A stretch of 64,000 bases of DNA from an uncultured delta proteobacterium. GTDB taxonomy: Bacteria; Myxococcota_A; Polyangia; Fen-1088. A model generated the notes under the pieces. The model saw only the letters and a list, made by a program, of their open reading frames with translations. It was not told the DNA's origin and ran no database searches. The translations under genes were made by a program, and so were the position numbers. Below, in pieces: positions 50,208 to 59,752 of the stretch (its first letter is position 1; each line of letters starts with the position of its first letter). The stretch lies in assembly GCA_963755125.1 (NCBI GenBank), contig CAVWIP010000017.1:64001-128000 (forward strand), written 5' to 3'.

Positions 50208-52004
50208 TCACCGGGGGCGCGCCAATATCAGGGTGCCATCTTTTTGCGTCACCGTACGTTCCACTCTGGCGCCAGGAGGCAGATCGATCTCGCCCACCAA
50301 CTCCTTGGTCCCGCCCTTGTTGCGCGCACAGAAGATCTCGTGGCGGCCGGGCGCCACGCCTTCGTAGCGAGGCATGAAGACAGACGTAGCCTGGTCGTCC
50401 AGGCTGGGGTAACAGATGGCGCCCGTGGCAAAGAGTTGGACTACACCCGGGTTCAGCCTTTCCGGCGTTGTGGGTGCTGTTGGCAGCGGCGCGGGGGTGG
50501 GCTCAGGCGCGGGGATAGGCGCTGGTTGCGCAGAAGCTGCGACGGTTGGCGTCGCAGCCGGCCGCGAAACAGTGCTGCTTCCCGCAGTGGCTGCGCGTCG
50601 CGAGGGCTTTGGTTTGCCGCCAGAAGGAGGCAGCGAGCGGATCGCGGGCGTGTTGTCGGACGCGGCGCTAGGGATCCCGGCCTTTGCTTCGGCAGACGGA
50701 TCGGGCGTGGCGGGAAGAATGGGAGTTGACTTGGGCCGGGGCAGAGGCTGAGTCAGAGAGACTGCGGGCGCAGACTTTCGCCATGGCGGGTGCCAGGCCA
50801 GCCAGGTGGCTGTGGCCAGAACCAAGCCAGCGACAATCAGGCCAGCCACGCGCACAGCCGTTCGTCCCGCGGAAAGCTTCTTGAGCAAGGCGTTCGCGCT
50901 CGCGTGGCTGGGCAGGTACGCGGTCGCCCGTCCGATCTCGGCCAAGGCGCGCGCCAACTCGCCCCGCCGCATTCGCTTGCGCGCCTGCTCCACGGCGGCG
51001 TCGGCAACCCTGGGACGTAGTTCCGCTTCGAATCTGGCCGGATCGTCGAGGAAACGCCGGAGCGCCGACTGTTCGGGCAGCAGCCCTGCTTCTCCCGCGA
51101 GTTTGCGCAGGTCGGCGGCCAGTTCGCCCGCACCCGGATAGCGCGCGGCTGGGTCAGGGGCAAGGCAGCGCAGAACCGTGCGTTCAAAGCGTGGCCCGAC
51201 GGTGGCAGCGATCTGGGACGGACGGCGGAAGGTGCCGAGTACGATGGAAGCGATCACGCAGAAGGGATCCTTGCCGGGGAAGGGCAGGCACCCGGTCACC
51301 ATCTCGTAAAGCAGGACGCCCAGCGCCCAGATGTCGGTTCCTGGCCCCACGTCTTGCGCGCGCGCCTGCTCGGGCGACATGTACGCCGGCGAGCCCACCA
51401 GAGCGCCCGAGGCCGTCATGGTTTCCAGTCCGGTGATATGGGCCACGCCGAAGTCCGCGATCACCACGCGGCACCTGTCGCCGCTGTGCTCGATCATCAC
51501 ATTGTCGGGCTTGACGTCGCGGTGGACTATGCCGCGTGCATGAGCGGTGGCCAGCGCCTCGGCCAGCGGCAACGCGATGAGCGCGGCCACCTCGGGAAGC
51601 AGGCGCGCCTGCCGCTCGTCCATGAGTCGTCGCAGGGTCGGGCCTTCGATCAGCTCGGCCACGATGTAGCTCGGCTCCTCGGCCGTGGCGTCCACGAAGT
51701 CGTAGATCTCGACGATGCCGGGATGCTTGAGCGCGGCGACTGCGTGGGCCTCGCGGCGGAAGCGTTCGGCCCCGTCGCCTCGGGTCGCGACGGTCATGCC
51801 CATGACCTTGACCGCCACGTCGCGACCAAGCTGGCTGTCGCGCGCGCGGAACACGCTGGCCATGGCCCCGTGGCCGAGAACGTCCAGCAGCAGGTAGCGC
51901 CCGAGCGGCGTGCCCACCCTGGGCGCGCGCGGAGGATTCGACAAGCCCGCCGCCCCGCCTTCAGACAACGGACGCGCTGGGCGGGAGTCGGACGGCCCCG
52001 TCAC
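50208..52004 (-). CDS. Membrane-anchored Hanks-type Ser/Thr protein kinase (start uncertain)
   Basis: LGHGAMASV, VAVK, HRDVKPDN, DFG, YMSPE, DIWALG; TM helix; Pro-rich C-terminus. Confidence 0.93.
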   Translation of the reverse strand: MTGPSDSRPARPLSEGGAAGLSNPPRAPRVGTPLGRYLLLDVLGHGAMASVFRARDSQLGRDVAVKVMGMTVATRGDGAERFRREAHAVAALKHPGIVEIYDFVDATAEEPSYIVAELIEGPTLRRLMDERQARLLPEVAALIALPLAEALATAHARGIVHRDVKPDNVMIEHSGDRCRVVIADFGVAHITGLETMTASGALVGSPAYMSPEQARAQDVGPGTDIWALGVLLYEMVTGCLPFPGKDPFCVIASIVLGTFRRPSQIAATVGPRFERTVLRCLAPDPAARYPGAGELAADLRKLAGEAGLLPEQSALRRFLDDPARFEAELRPRVADAAVEQARKRMRRGELARALAEIGRATAYLPSHASANALLKKLSAGRTAVRVAGLIVAGLVLATATWLAWHPPWRKSAPAVSLTQPLPRPKSTPILPATPDPSAEAKAGIPSAASDNTPAIRSLPPSGGKPKPSRRAATAGSSTVSRPAATPTVAASAQPAPIPAPEPTPAPLPTAPTTPERLNPGVVQLFATGAICYPSLDDQATSVFMPRYEGVAPGRHEIFCARNKGGTKELVGEIDLPPGARVERTVTQKDGTLILARPR

Positions 52005-52558
52005 GGGGTCTTGTGCGGGGTGCCCCCCGCTCCTCCGGGTTTGCCCAGAGCGGCCTGCGCTTCGGCCAGCTTCTGCGCGATGAGCGTCGCTGTCGGCTCG
52101 AAGGTGCGCGCGAAGTTGAAATTCATGATCGCGCCCTTCCAGTCCTTGCGTCCCAGGCAGATCATGCCCATGCGGAAGAATTTTTTCGCCTCGGGGTGTC
52201 TCAGGCTGTCCTCGGGGTTCTGCGGGGCGTGCGACTCGCGGTCGGTTGCGGTCAGACGTTTCTTGCCCTGGTTGAGCGCCCGCTCGTAGGCAGCGCGCTT
52301 CTCGGGCGTGGTGAGCACGCGGTAGCCCTCGCATACGCGCGAGTAGATCATCTCCAACTGTTCCTTGAGATCGTGATCCGCGAGGGTGTGGTAGCGGTCG
52401 GGGTGCAGATCGCCGGCCAGACGGTAGAAAGCCGTGCGCACGGTCGCTTGGTCGGAGCCCGAGGGCACCCCCAGAAGATCATAGTAGGAGAGCTGATCCA
52501 GCCGGGGAAAGATCTGGCGAACGAACGCGGCAAGTTGCTCGGTTGACATCCCCGCCAT
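52001..52558 (-). CDS. J-domain protein with C-terminal TPR
   Basis: YYDLLGV...LHPDRY...GYRVL...KRAAY. Confidence 0.9.
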   Translation of the reverse strand: MAGMSTEQLAAFVRQIFPRLDQLSYYDLLGVPSGSDQATVRTAFYRLAGDLHPDRYHTLADHDLKEQLEMIYSRVCEGYRVLTTPEKRAAYERALNQGKKRLTATDRESHAPQNPEDSLRHPEAKKFFRMGMICLGRKDWKGAIMNFNFARTFEPTATLIAQKLAEAQAALGKPGGAGGTPHKTP

Positions 52559-52561
52559 GGT

Positions 52562-54160
52562 CTAAGCCTCCGGAATCTCCGGGAGGTCGCTCGGCTCTTC
52601 GTACTTTTGCCGTTCCGCCGCCTCCGCGACCTCCGATTCGCTCATCGCGCCGCGCACGTTGACCGCCGCCTCGCGCGCCGCCCCGGTAGCGCCATCACGC
52701 GCGCGCACGCGCAGGATGCCATTGGTGTCCACCTTGAAGGTCACCTCGATGGAGACGTCGCCCCGTCGCGCTGGCTGCAGGCCGGTCAGCTCCAGTTCAC
52801 CCAAGGGCACGTTCTCTTCGAAACGGCGCGATTCACCCTGGCAGACCTGGATGCGCACCGAAGTCTGGCCATTGGACGAGGTGCTGAAGATGCGCGTCTG
52901 CTCCACCGGCACGGGCACGTTGCGATCGATGATACGTTCGGCAAAACCACCGGTGACGGCAATCCCGAGCGCGCGGGGCGTGACGTCGAGCAAGACCGCG
53001 CGGCTAGGCAAACTCTCGCCCGCGTTGGCCAGGTTCTCCGCCTGGATGGCGGCGCCCCAGGCCACCACCTCGTCGGGGTTGAGGTCGGTGCGGGGAGGCC
53101 GGCCAAAGTACCGTTCCACCTCGGCGCGCACCATGGGCACGCGGGTGGTTCCGCCCACCATGATCACCTCGTCGATCTGCGAAGGCAAAAGCTGCGCGGA
53201 GGCGAGCACGTCCTGGCAGGCCTGGATGGTTCGCCCGACCAGCCCGCGGATGGCGGTTTCGAAAACACTGCGCGCGATGTGGAAGCGCAACGCGAGAGGT
53301 TCGCCGCTGGAACCCACCGCGATGTTCTTGAGGTCGCCGCGCGCTTCAGGGAAATCGGACAGGTGGCGCTTGACCTGCTCGGCGGCGATCAGCAGGCGTG
53401 AGCGCGCGGCCTGATCGCTGCGCGGATCGATGCCGTGCTCGGCGTTGAACAGCTCGGCCAGAATGTTGAGCAAGGAGCTGTCCAGGTCGTCGCCGCCCAG
53501 AAAGGTGTCCCCGCCGGTGGCCAGCACCTCGAACACGTCGTTCTCGACCCGCAGGATGGTGATGTCGAAGGTGCCGCCGCCGAAGTCGTAGACGGCAATC
53601 CGCTGCGACATGTTCTGACCCAGCCCGTAGGCCAGCGCGGCCGCAGTGGGCTCGTTGAGCACGCGCAGCACATCGACCCCGGCGATGCGCCCCGCGTCCA
53701 CGGTCGCGCGACGCTGGGAGTCGTTGAAGGTGGCGGGCACCGTGATCACGGCGGCGCTGACCGCGTCGCTCAGGAACATCTCGGCGCACTGGCGCAGATA
53801 GCCCAGCAAGAGGCCGGACACTTCAGGGATGGTGTACGTGCGATCCGGCCCGATGAAGACCGCTTGCTCGTTGTTACCCTCGCGCAGTTCGTAGGGCAGC
53901 CGCACCAGGGCTTTTTGCACCTCATCGGAACGGAAGGGCAGGCCGATGAGGCGCTTGGCCGAGTAGACTGTGTTCTTGGGATCCAGGATGCGGCGGGCAA
54001 CCGCGTCTACGGAAAAGTACCTGAGGCCATCGGGAGAAAACGACACCACCGACGGGTGCAGGTATCCCCCCTGCGAGGTGGGCACCACGACCACCTGCCC
54101 GCCACGCACGGTGGCGACCACGGAGTTGGTCGTGCCCAGATCTATGCCTACGACGGCCAT
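52562..54160 (-). CDS. Hsp70/DnaK-family protein, short form lacking the helical lid
   Basis: [49 protein letters not shown]. Confidence 0.95.
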   Translation of the reverse strand: MAVVGIDLGTTNSVVATVRGGQVVVVPTSQGGYLHPSVVSFSPDGLRYFSVDAVARRILDPKNTVYSAKRLIGLPFRSDEVQKALVRLPYELREGNNEQAVFIGPDRTYTIPEVSGLLLGYLRQCAEMFLSDAVSAAVITVPATFNDSQRRATVDAGRIAGVDVLRVLNEPTAAALAYGLGQNMSQRIAVYDFGGGTFDITILRVENDVFEVLATGGDTFLGGDDLDSSLLNILAELFNAEHGIDPRSDQAARSRLLIAAEQVKRHLSDFPEARGDLKNIAVGSSGEPLALRFHIARSVFETAIRGLVGRTIQACQDVLASAQLLPSQIDEVIMVGGTTRVPMVRAEVERYFGRPPRTDLNPDEVVAWGAAIQAENLANAGESLPSRAVLLDVTPRALGIAVTGGFAERIIDRNVPVPVEQTRIFSTSSNGQTSVRIQVCQGESRRFEENVPLGELELTGLQPARRGDVSIEVTFKVDTNGILRVRARDGATGAAREAAVNVRGAMSESEVAEAAERQKYEEPSDLPEIPEA

Positions 54161-54414
54161 CGAAGTGATTGTGCGCGGTTAGGGAGCGATCGACAAATTC
54201 ACCAGCCATCTTACACCAGCCACACCGTCGGACTCCAGAGTATGTCCGGGAAGGCGACCCTATGTCCTTGGGCTCGGGTGGCACCAGGGCTTGTTTCTCC
54301 CGCCGCCCACACGTCTGCGGACGCTGAGGGCCTGGCGAACATAGAGGCGTGCCCGCGACCGTTGCCATGCAACGAAGCGTCCTCGGACATTCCCACTGCA
54401 ACGGATATCAAGCA

Positions 54415-54744
54415 CTACGCTGCAAGGCCCAACCATAGAGCTATTGCCCGGTTGACACGCATCATTGTGGCGTCATCGAGACGACCTACGGATCTCCCGA
54501 TCTTGTCGCGCCGGATGGCAGTCACCTTGTCGACCATGATCTGTGAGACCGACCGCAGGCCATTTGAGTTTGTCGGATCCACCGTCAATCGAAACAAGGG
54601 TGCATCAACGATCGTGCTGGTAACAGGTGCAACCGCGATGCTGGAATGCGTACCGTTGAAAAGATCAGATTGAATTACCAGAGCTGGTCTTGGTTTGCCA
54701 TAGTCGCCTCGCATGGCTACGATGACCACGTCCCCGCGCTTCAC
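54415..54744 (-). CDS. MazF/PemK-family toxin
   Basis: MKRGDVV...GKPRPALVIQSD...APVTS...SQIMVDK. Confidence 0.93.
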   Translation of the reverse strand: MKRGDVVIVAMRGDYGKPRPALVIQSDLFNGTHSSIAVAPVTSTIVDAPLFRLTVDPTNSNGLRSVSQIMVDKVTAIRRDKIGRSVGRLDDATMMRVNRAIALWLGLAA

Positions 54745-54965
54745 GATGTCCAGCCCTCAGTATCGCCAAGAGCCTCCACCCACCCCATCGCCTCACGTTC
54801 AGACCGAACAACTCTCTTTGCCGCGAGGCTCTGACGACGGCATTCATCGGCAAAACCCCGCGCTCGCGTATCGGGCAGCCAAACCTGGACCAAACGCAAG
54901 CCCGAGTCTCTCATTCGCTCGCGGTAACGCTGAACGGTCTTTCTTGCTGCTGCGGCCTTGGACAT
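54741..54965 (-). CDS. DUF3018/MazE-like antitoxin
   Basis: VQRYRERMRDSGLRLVQVWLPDTR...CRRQSL; overlaps the toxin start. Confidence 0.88.
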   Translation of the reverse strand: MSKAAAARKTVQRYRERMRDSGLRLVQVWLPDTRARGFADECRRQSLAAKRVVRSEREAMGWVEALGDTEGWTS

Positions 54966-54986
54966 GTCATGCAGCATAACATGACA
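54965..54986. promoter_or_regulatory. Candidate TA autoregulatory operator
   Basis: TGTCATG-N8-CATGACA inverted repeat at the antitoxin start. Confidence 0.45.
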
Positions 54987-55003
54987 CCGACCATGTTGCC
55001 ACC

Positions 55004-55180
55004 CTGACGTGTCTGGATAGGTTCGCGGTAGACATGAACTCGCTCAGGCGAGAACTGGCCGATGGCTGAAACAGCCGTCGTCAACGCCTTCCCGCTCATC
55101 TGTGTGGATATCGGCTGGGATGGGCAGAATGCCTGACCAGCGCACGGTCGAGATCGCGAACACGTCGCCCCTCCAGTATG
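55004..55180 (+). pseudogene. Two fused remnants of UPF0175/DUF3368(PIN)-type TA gene junctions
   Basis: ...FAVDMNSLRRELADG* overlaps MAETAVVNAFPLI; then ...GQNA* overlaps MPDQRTVEIANTSPLQY. Confidence 0.5.
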
Positions 55181-55389
55181 GCGTGCCGAGCTGCGCCACC
55201 TCCAGGAGCACAGGAGACGGCGCCGCCGTGCTACGCTTGGGGCACGGAGGCAGTCCGATGGGTACACCGTCTGAGGCGGCCAAACTGGGCGAGCAGGGGG
55301 CGGCGCCCTACTTGCACCGATCTCTTACACCTGGAGGCACGCGCAGCCGAGTTCGCGGACATGTTCGCCTTGTGGTCATCCCCGCCAGG

Positions 55390-55427
55390 GTTGCCATTCA
55401 ACGCCCCGGCCTGACCAGGGATGGCGA
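55390..55427. repeat. 38-bp direct repeat, copy 1
   Basis: GTTGCCATTCAACGCCCCGGCCTGACCAGGGATGGCGA; two mismatches to 56186-56223. Confidence 0.85.
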
Positions 55428-55515
55428 ACACTGCTAGCCAGGAAGGCATTGTGTGACCTGCAGAAGGGTGTTCCCGAAGGCCGAAGCGCGCTATTCTTTG
55501 TGCGTGAGTGGCGCC

Positions 55516-55704
55516 ATGCACACTGCGAAAGAAACCGTCCGCCGGTTGCTCGATGACCTGCCCGATAACGCCTCACTGGAAGACATCCAGTACCACATCT
55601 ACGTCCGCGAGAAGATCGAACGCGGCCTGCGCGATGTTGAAGCCGGGCGCATTGTTGACCAGGACGAGGCCAAGCGACGGATGGCCAAGTGGCTCGGCGA
55701 GTAG
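55516..55704 (+). CDS. Putative antitoxin of a RelE/ParE pair
   Basis: TAKETVRRLLDDLPDNASLEDIQYHIYVREKIERGL.DV.AGR; overlaps the toxin gene. Confidence 0.85.
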   Translation: MHTAKETVRRLLDDLPDNASLEDIQYHIYVREKIERGLRDVEAGRIVDQDEAKRRMAKWLGE

Positions 55705-56015
55705 GCTGGACCGAGGCCGCGCTTGAGGATCTGAGCGCGACCGCGGAGTACATCGCCCGCGACAGCGCCCGCTATGCAGGCGGGTTCGTTCGAGAAGCGT
55801 TCGAGGCGTCCGACACGCTGACCGAGTTCGCCAACCGTGGCCGCGTGGTGCCCGAGTTCGACGACCAGGCCATCCGCGAGATCTTCCTCGGAAGTCACCG
55901 GCTGATCTATCAGGTCACCAACGAACGGGTTTTCATCCTCGGCCTGGTCCACGGCGCCCGCGATTTAGCGGCGCTCTGGCGACGTGAGAAACGGACGGGC
56001 GGACCTGAGCCCTGA
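55689..56015 (+). CDS. RelE/ParE-family toxin
   Basis: VGWTEAALEDL...YIARDS...GRVVPE...REI....RLIY....ILGLVHGARD. Confidence 0.9.
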   Translation: MARRVGWTEAALEDLSATAEYIARDSARYAGGFVREAFEASDTLTEFANRGRVVPEFDDQAIREIFLGSHRLIYQVTNERVFILGLVHGARDLAALWRREKRTGGPEP

Positions 56016-56016
56016 G

Positions 56017-56163
56017 AAGCTCGATCCGCCGGCCGAGTCGCTTTGGGGGACCGAAATCGAACGACGGGCGCGCGAGGCGGCGGACGGCAAGGTCGCCTTG
56101 GTCGATGCAGACGAAGTCCACGCCGAGATCGCCGAGCGTCTTCGCACGCGGAGTGGCCGGTGA
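56017..56163 (+). pseudogene. C-terminal remnant of an addiction-module antitoxin component
   Basis: Manual translation ...LWGTEIERRAREAADGKVALVDADEVHAEIAERLR...*; no start. Confidence 0.6.
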
Positions 56164-56185
56164 ACATAGCGGTCTGCGGGCCGGC

Positions 56186-56223
56186 GTTGCCATTCAACGC
56201 CCCGGCCTGACCGGGGACGGCGA
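56186..56223. repeat. 38-bp direct repeat, copy 2
   Basis: GTTGCCATTCAACGCCCCGGCCTGACCGGGGACGGCGA. Confidence 0.85.
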
Positions 56224-56473
56224 CCAGCGCGTGCCTGCCACGAAACCTGAAGACCCGGGGAGGGGAGGACTCTGCCCGGGTCTCGCGAACGCGTCGACAT
56301 TGGCCCAGTTGGGGCCTCCATTGGCGCGTTCATCGGCCGCGCGATGATGGGCACGGCTTTCGGGCGGGAGCTCCGGCCGTCGTTTCGGCGGCCCCTCGGG
56401 TGAATCGAGAGCACTCCTTGGCGTCACCCGGCCGTAATCCTGCAAGACACTGGCACTGCCATCGCGAACCGAT

Positions 56474-56935
56474 TCAGGCGATACCCTTCCGGCGCTTGAT
56501 GTCATCAAGGATCCTTCCAATGAAAGAGCGGAACCCCGGAGAGTAGCCGTCCGCGTTCGCATAGCTGTCGTTGCTCCACCAGGTACGGTGGCGCCAAGCG
56601 TATTCCTCCACGGGGACTAGTTCCGCCACCAGTTTGGGTCGGCCCTTCTTCAACCGCCAGGCACCCTCCAACATATTGAACAAGAAACAGCAATAGTTGT
56701 CGTAGCGCTCCCGCTGGTCGCCATCGCCGGGTGGCTGGGGCCAAGCTACACAGTAGTCCTCTCGTTCGACATGAGGGTACATCATCGAGAGTTCGATCGC
56801 CTTGTTGAGCATCGCTTCGATCCCTGCATTCTGCCGCTCCTTCTGGACTTGCACAGATCGCAGCCATGAAACTGCGGCCCCCAGAAGAGAAACGGCAGCA
56901 CCGACCAGACTTCCTGCGCGAAACCAGGTGTCCAA
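56474..56935 (-). CDS. Hypothetical protein with N-terminal TM helix
   Basis: GAGGAG RBS, TTG start, hydrophobic N-terminus, protein-like composition. Confidence 0.65.
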   Translation of the reverse strand: MDTWFRAGSLVGAAVSLLGAAVSWLRSVQVQKERQNAGIEAMLNKAIELSMMYPHVEREDYCVAWPQPPGDGDQRERYDNYCCFLFNMLEGAWRLKKGRPKLVAELVPVEEYAWRHRTWWSNDSYANADGYSPGFRSFIGRILDDIKRRKGIA

Positions 56936-56965
56936 TTCAACGCTCCTCGGTGAGGGGGACCTTCG

Positions 56966-57125
56966 TCACTGTGCCGACGGTGCAAGCGTAGCAGCATCAC
57001 CGGCACCTCCTCCTGCGCCACCCGTACTACCAGCCCAGCCGCCCTCGTGGTACAGGGAAAGGATTTCGCCCTCGTTGAGGGCGCGGGAGTAGATACGCAC
57101 ATCATCAATCAGACCTGTATAGCTC
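56966..57125 (-). pseudogene. LamG-domain C-terminal fragment
   Basis: YTGLIDDVRIYSRALNEGEILSLY followed by a GG linker; no 5' part. Confidence 0.6.
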
Positions 57126-57206
57126 GTCGGGATCGCTCGGCTGGGTCGCCCCAGGGTTGGACTTCCGTTCGCTCGCATCTTCCTCCATGATGGGGCCTGC
57201 CATCCC

Positions 57207-57638
57207 ATGAAAGTCGAGCAAATCACCGTCTTCCTGGAAAACCAGTCGGGCCGTTTGGCCGACGTGGCCAGCATCCTTGCGGCCGCGGGCGTGAACATCC
57301 GCGCCCTGTCGCTGGCTGACTCCGCCGATTTCGGCATTCTGCGACTCATCGTCAACGACACGGACAAAGCCACCCAGGTGCTGAAGGCCCAGGGCTTCAC
57401 CGTGGCCAAGACCGAGGTGGTGGGCGTGCAGGTGCCTGACCGGCCGGGCGGCCTGGCCGAGATTCTCAACGCCATGAAGGGCAAACAGGTCAACGTCGAG
57501 TATATGTACGCCTTCGTGCACAAGTCCGCCGTCGACGCCACCATCATTTTCCGCTTCGACGATCTGGAGAAGGGCATCGCGTGCCTGCAGCAGGCAGGCA
57601 TCAAGATCCTGCAGGGCCAAGACCTCTACTCGATGTGA
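57207..57638 (+). CDS. ACT-domain protein (tandem ACT)
   Basis: QITVFLENQSGRLA...NIRALSLAD...VPDRPGGLA...NVEYMYAF. Confidence 0.93.
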   Translation: MKVEQITVFLENQSGRLADVASILAAAGVNIRALSLADSADFGILRLIVNDTDKATQVLKAQGFTVAKTEVVGVQVPDRPGGLAEILNAMKGKQVNVEYMYAFVHKSAVDATIIFRFDDLEKGIACLQQAGIKILQGQDLYSM

Positions 57639-57663
57639 CCATCAACAGCAGGGAGCCAAGCGC

Positions 57664-58827
57664 ATGAAGACATCAGCAATCACTGCCACGCTCATCTTCA
57701 CCAGCCTGCTCGGCGCCGGCGCCACGCAGGCCAAGGGGCCCACCGTCAAGATCGGCGCCATCTTCAGCGTGACGGGTCCGGCGGCCAACCTGGGCGGCCC
57801 CGAGGCCAGGACCCTGGAGATGCTCGTGCAGGAGGCCAACAAGAAGGGCGGCATCGGCGGCAACCAAATCGAGCTGGTGCTCAAGGATTCCGGCAGCAGC
57901 CCCGAGAAGGCGATCTCGTTTGCCAAGCAGCTCATCGAGGAAGACAAGGTCTTCGCCATCATCGGTCCTTCGACCAGCGGCGAAACCCTGAAGATCAAGG
58001 GCATCGCCGAGGAGGGCAAGACCATCCTGCTGTCTTGTGCGGCGGCCGAGGCCATCGTGAATCCGGTGGCCAGCTACGCGTTCAAGGTGGCGCCCAACGA
58101 CAGCCACGCCGCCCGTCGCATCTTCGAGCAGATGAAGAAGATGGGCATTGCCAAGATCGGCCTGCTTTCCAGCAACACGGGTTTCGGCAAGGCGGGCAAG
58201 GAACAGGTCGAGAAGCTGGCGCCCGGCTTCGGCATCCAGATCGTGGCCAACGAGGTGTACGAGAAGGAAGCCACGGATCTCACCGCTGTCGTGACCAAGC
58301 TCAAGGCGGCTAATGTGCAGGCGTTCATCAACTGGTCCATCGAGCCGGCGCAAGCCATCGTCATCAAGAACGCGCGCCAGGTCGGTCTTTCCGTACCCAT
58401 TTTCCAGAGCCACGGTTTCGGCAACATCCAGTATGCCAGGGCCGCCGGGCCGGCTGCCGAGGGCGTGATCTTCCCGGCCAGCCGGCTGCTGGTGGCAGAC
58501 AGCCTGCCCGCCGGCGACAAGCAGAAACCGGTGCTGCTCAAGTACAAGCAGAGCTACGAGGCCCGCTATCACGAGGATGCCAGCACCTTTGGCGGCCACG
58601 CGCACGATGCTCTGTTGCTGCTGGGCAAGGCGGTGGAAAAGGCCGGTGGCCTCGACAATGAGAAGGTTCGGGCCGCGCTGGAAAGCCTGCAGGGCGTGGT
58701 GGGCACGGCCGGCGTGTTCAACTTCTCCGCGCGCGATCACGGCGGCCTGGGCATGGACGCCTTTGAAATGCAGACCGTGAAGAACGGCAAGTTCGTCGTG
58801 TACAGCGACGCGGCCGCCAAGAAATAG
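57664..58827 (+). CDS. Branched-chain amino acid-type ABC substrate-binding protein (LivK-like)
   Basis: Signal peptide; VKIGAIFSVTGPAA.LG; IIGPSTSG. Confidence 0.92.
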   Translation: MKTSAITATLIFTSLLGAGATQAKGPTVKIGAIFSVTGPAANLGGPEARTLEMLVQEANKKGGIGGNQIELVLKDSGSSPEKAISFAKQLIEEDKVFAIIGPSTSGETLKIKGIAEEGKTILLSCAAAEAIVNPVASYAFKVAPNDSHAARRIFEQMKKMGIAKIGLLSSNTGFGKAGKEQVEKLAPGFGIQIVANEVYEKEATDLTAVVTKLKAANVQAFINWSIEPAQAIVIKNARQVGLSVPIFQSHGFGNIQYARAAGPAAEGVIFPASRLLVADSLPAGDKQKPVLLKYKQSYEARYHEDASTFGGHAHDALLLLGKAVEKAGGLDNEKVRAALESLQGVVGTAGVFNFSARDHGGLGMDAFEMQTVKNGKFVVYSDAAAKK

Positions 58828-58861
58828 CGACGGCCAGCCGAGGCGGGCTGGTCAGAGGCGC

Positions 58862-59752
58862 ATGAGTCTCGATCTTCTCTTTCAGTATCTGGTGGCCGGC
58901 ATCACCTACGGCACGATCTACGCGATCGTCGCCATCGGCTTCAACATCATCTACAACACCACTGGCATCATCAACTTCGCCCAGGGCGAGTTCGTCATGC
59001 TGGGCGGGATGATCGGGGTGACGTTGCACGCGCTGTTGCCCATGCCGCTCGCCATTGCGGGCGCGGTCATCGCCACCATGCTGGTGGGGGCGCTGATCGA
59101 GATGCTGTTCATTCGCTGGCTGCAACGGCCGTCGGTGTTGCGCCTGATCATCATCACCATCGGGCTGTCCATCGCCATTCGCGAGCTGGCGCTGCTGCTG
59201 TGGGGCGAGGGCGTGCGCGCCTTGCCGTATTTCTCGGGCACGGCGGTGACCTCGCTTTCCGTCGGCGACGTCCACATCTCGCCGCAAGTGCTGTGGGTGC
59301 TCGGCATTTCGGCGGTGATGGTGGTGGCGCTCAACTTCTTCTTCGCACGCACCCTGCTCGGCCGGCAGATGCGCGCCTGCGCCTGCAACCGCGAAGCCGC
59401 GCAACTGTGTGGGATCAGCGCCAAGAACATGGTGACCCTGTCCTTCGTGCTGAGCGCGGGCATTGGCGCCCTGGCCGGCTGTGTGATCTCGCCCATCACC
59501 TACGTGCAGTACGACAGCGGCACCAGCCTGGCCTTGAAAGGGTTCACCGTGGCCATCCTGGGCGGCCTGGGCAACAGTATGGCCGCCATCGTCGCCGGCC
59601 TGTTGCTCGGGACCCTGGAATCCTTCTCGATCTGGGTCATGCCCGCGGCCTACAAGGACGTCATCGCCATCAGCATCCTCTTGCTGATTCTTTTCGTGCG
59701 GCCGTCCGGGCTGTTCGGCAACGCCGAGGCGGCGCGCCTCAAGGACTATTGA
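58862..59752 (+). CDS. LivH-like ABC permease
   Basis: IINFAQGEFVMLG, LGRQMRA, AILGGLG. Confidence 0.93.
   Translation: MSLDLLFQYLVAGITYGTIYAIVAIGFNIIYNTTGIINFAQGEFVMLGGMIGVTLHALLPMPLAIAGAVIATMLVGALIEMLFIRWLQRPSVLRLIIITIGLSIAIRELALLLWGEGVRALPYFSGTAVTSLSVGDVHISPQVLWVLGISAVMVVALNFFFARTLLGRQMRACACNREAAQLCGISAKNMVTLSFVLSAGIGALAGCVISPITYVQYDSGTSLALKGFTVAILGGLGNSMAAIVAGLLLGTLESFSIWVMPAAYKDVIAISILLLILFVRPSGLFGNAEAARLKDY

Noticed and set aside
55390..56223. 38-bp repeats as a CRISPR array or integron attC
   Set aside because: Only two full copies about 800 bp apart, no cas or intI gene, and no clear paired RYYYAAC/GTTRRRY ends.
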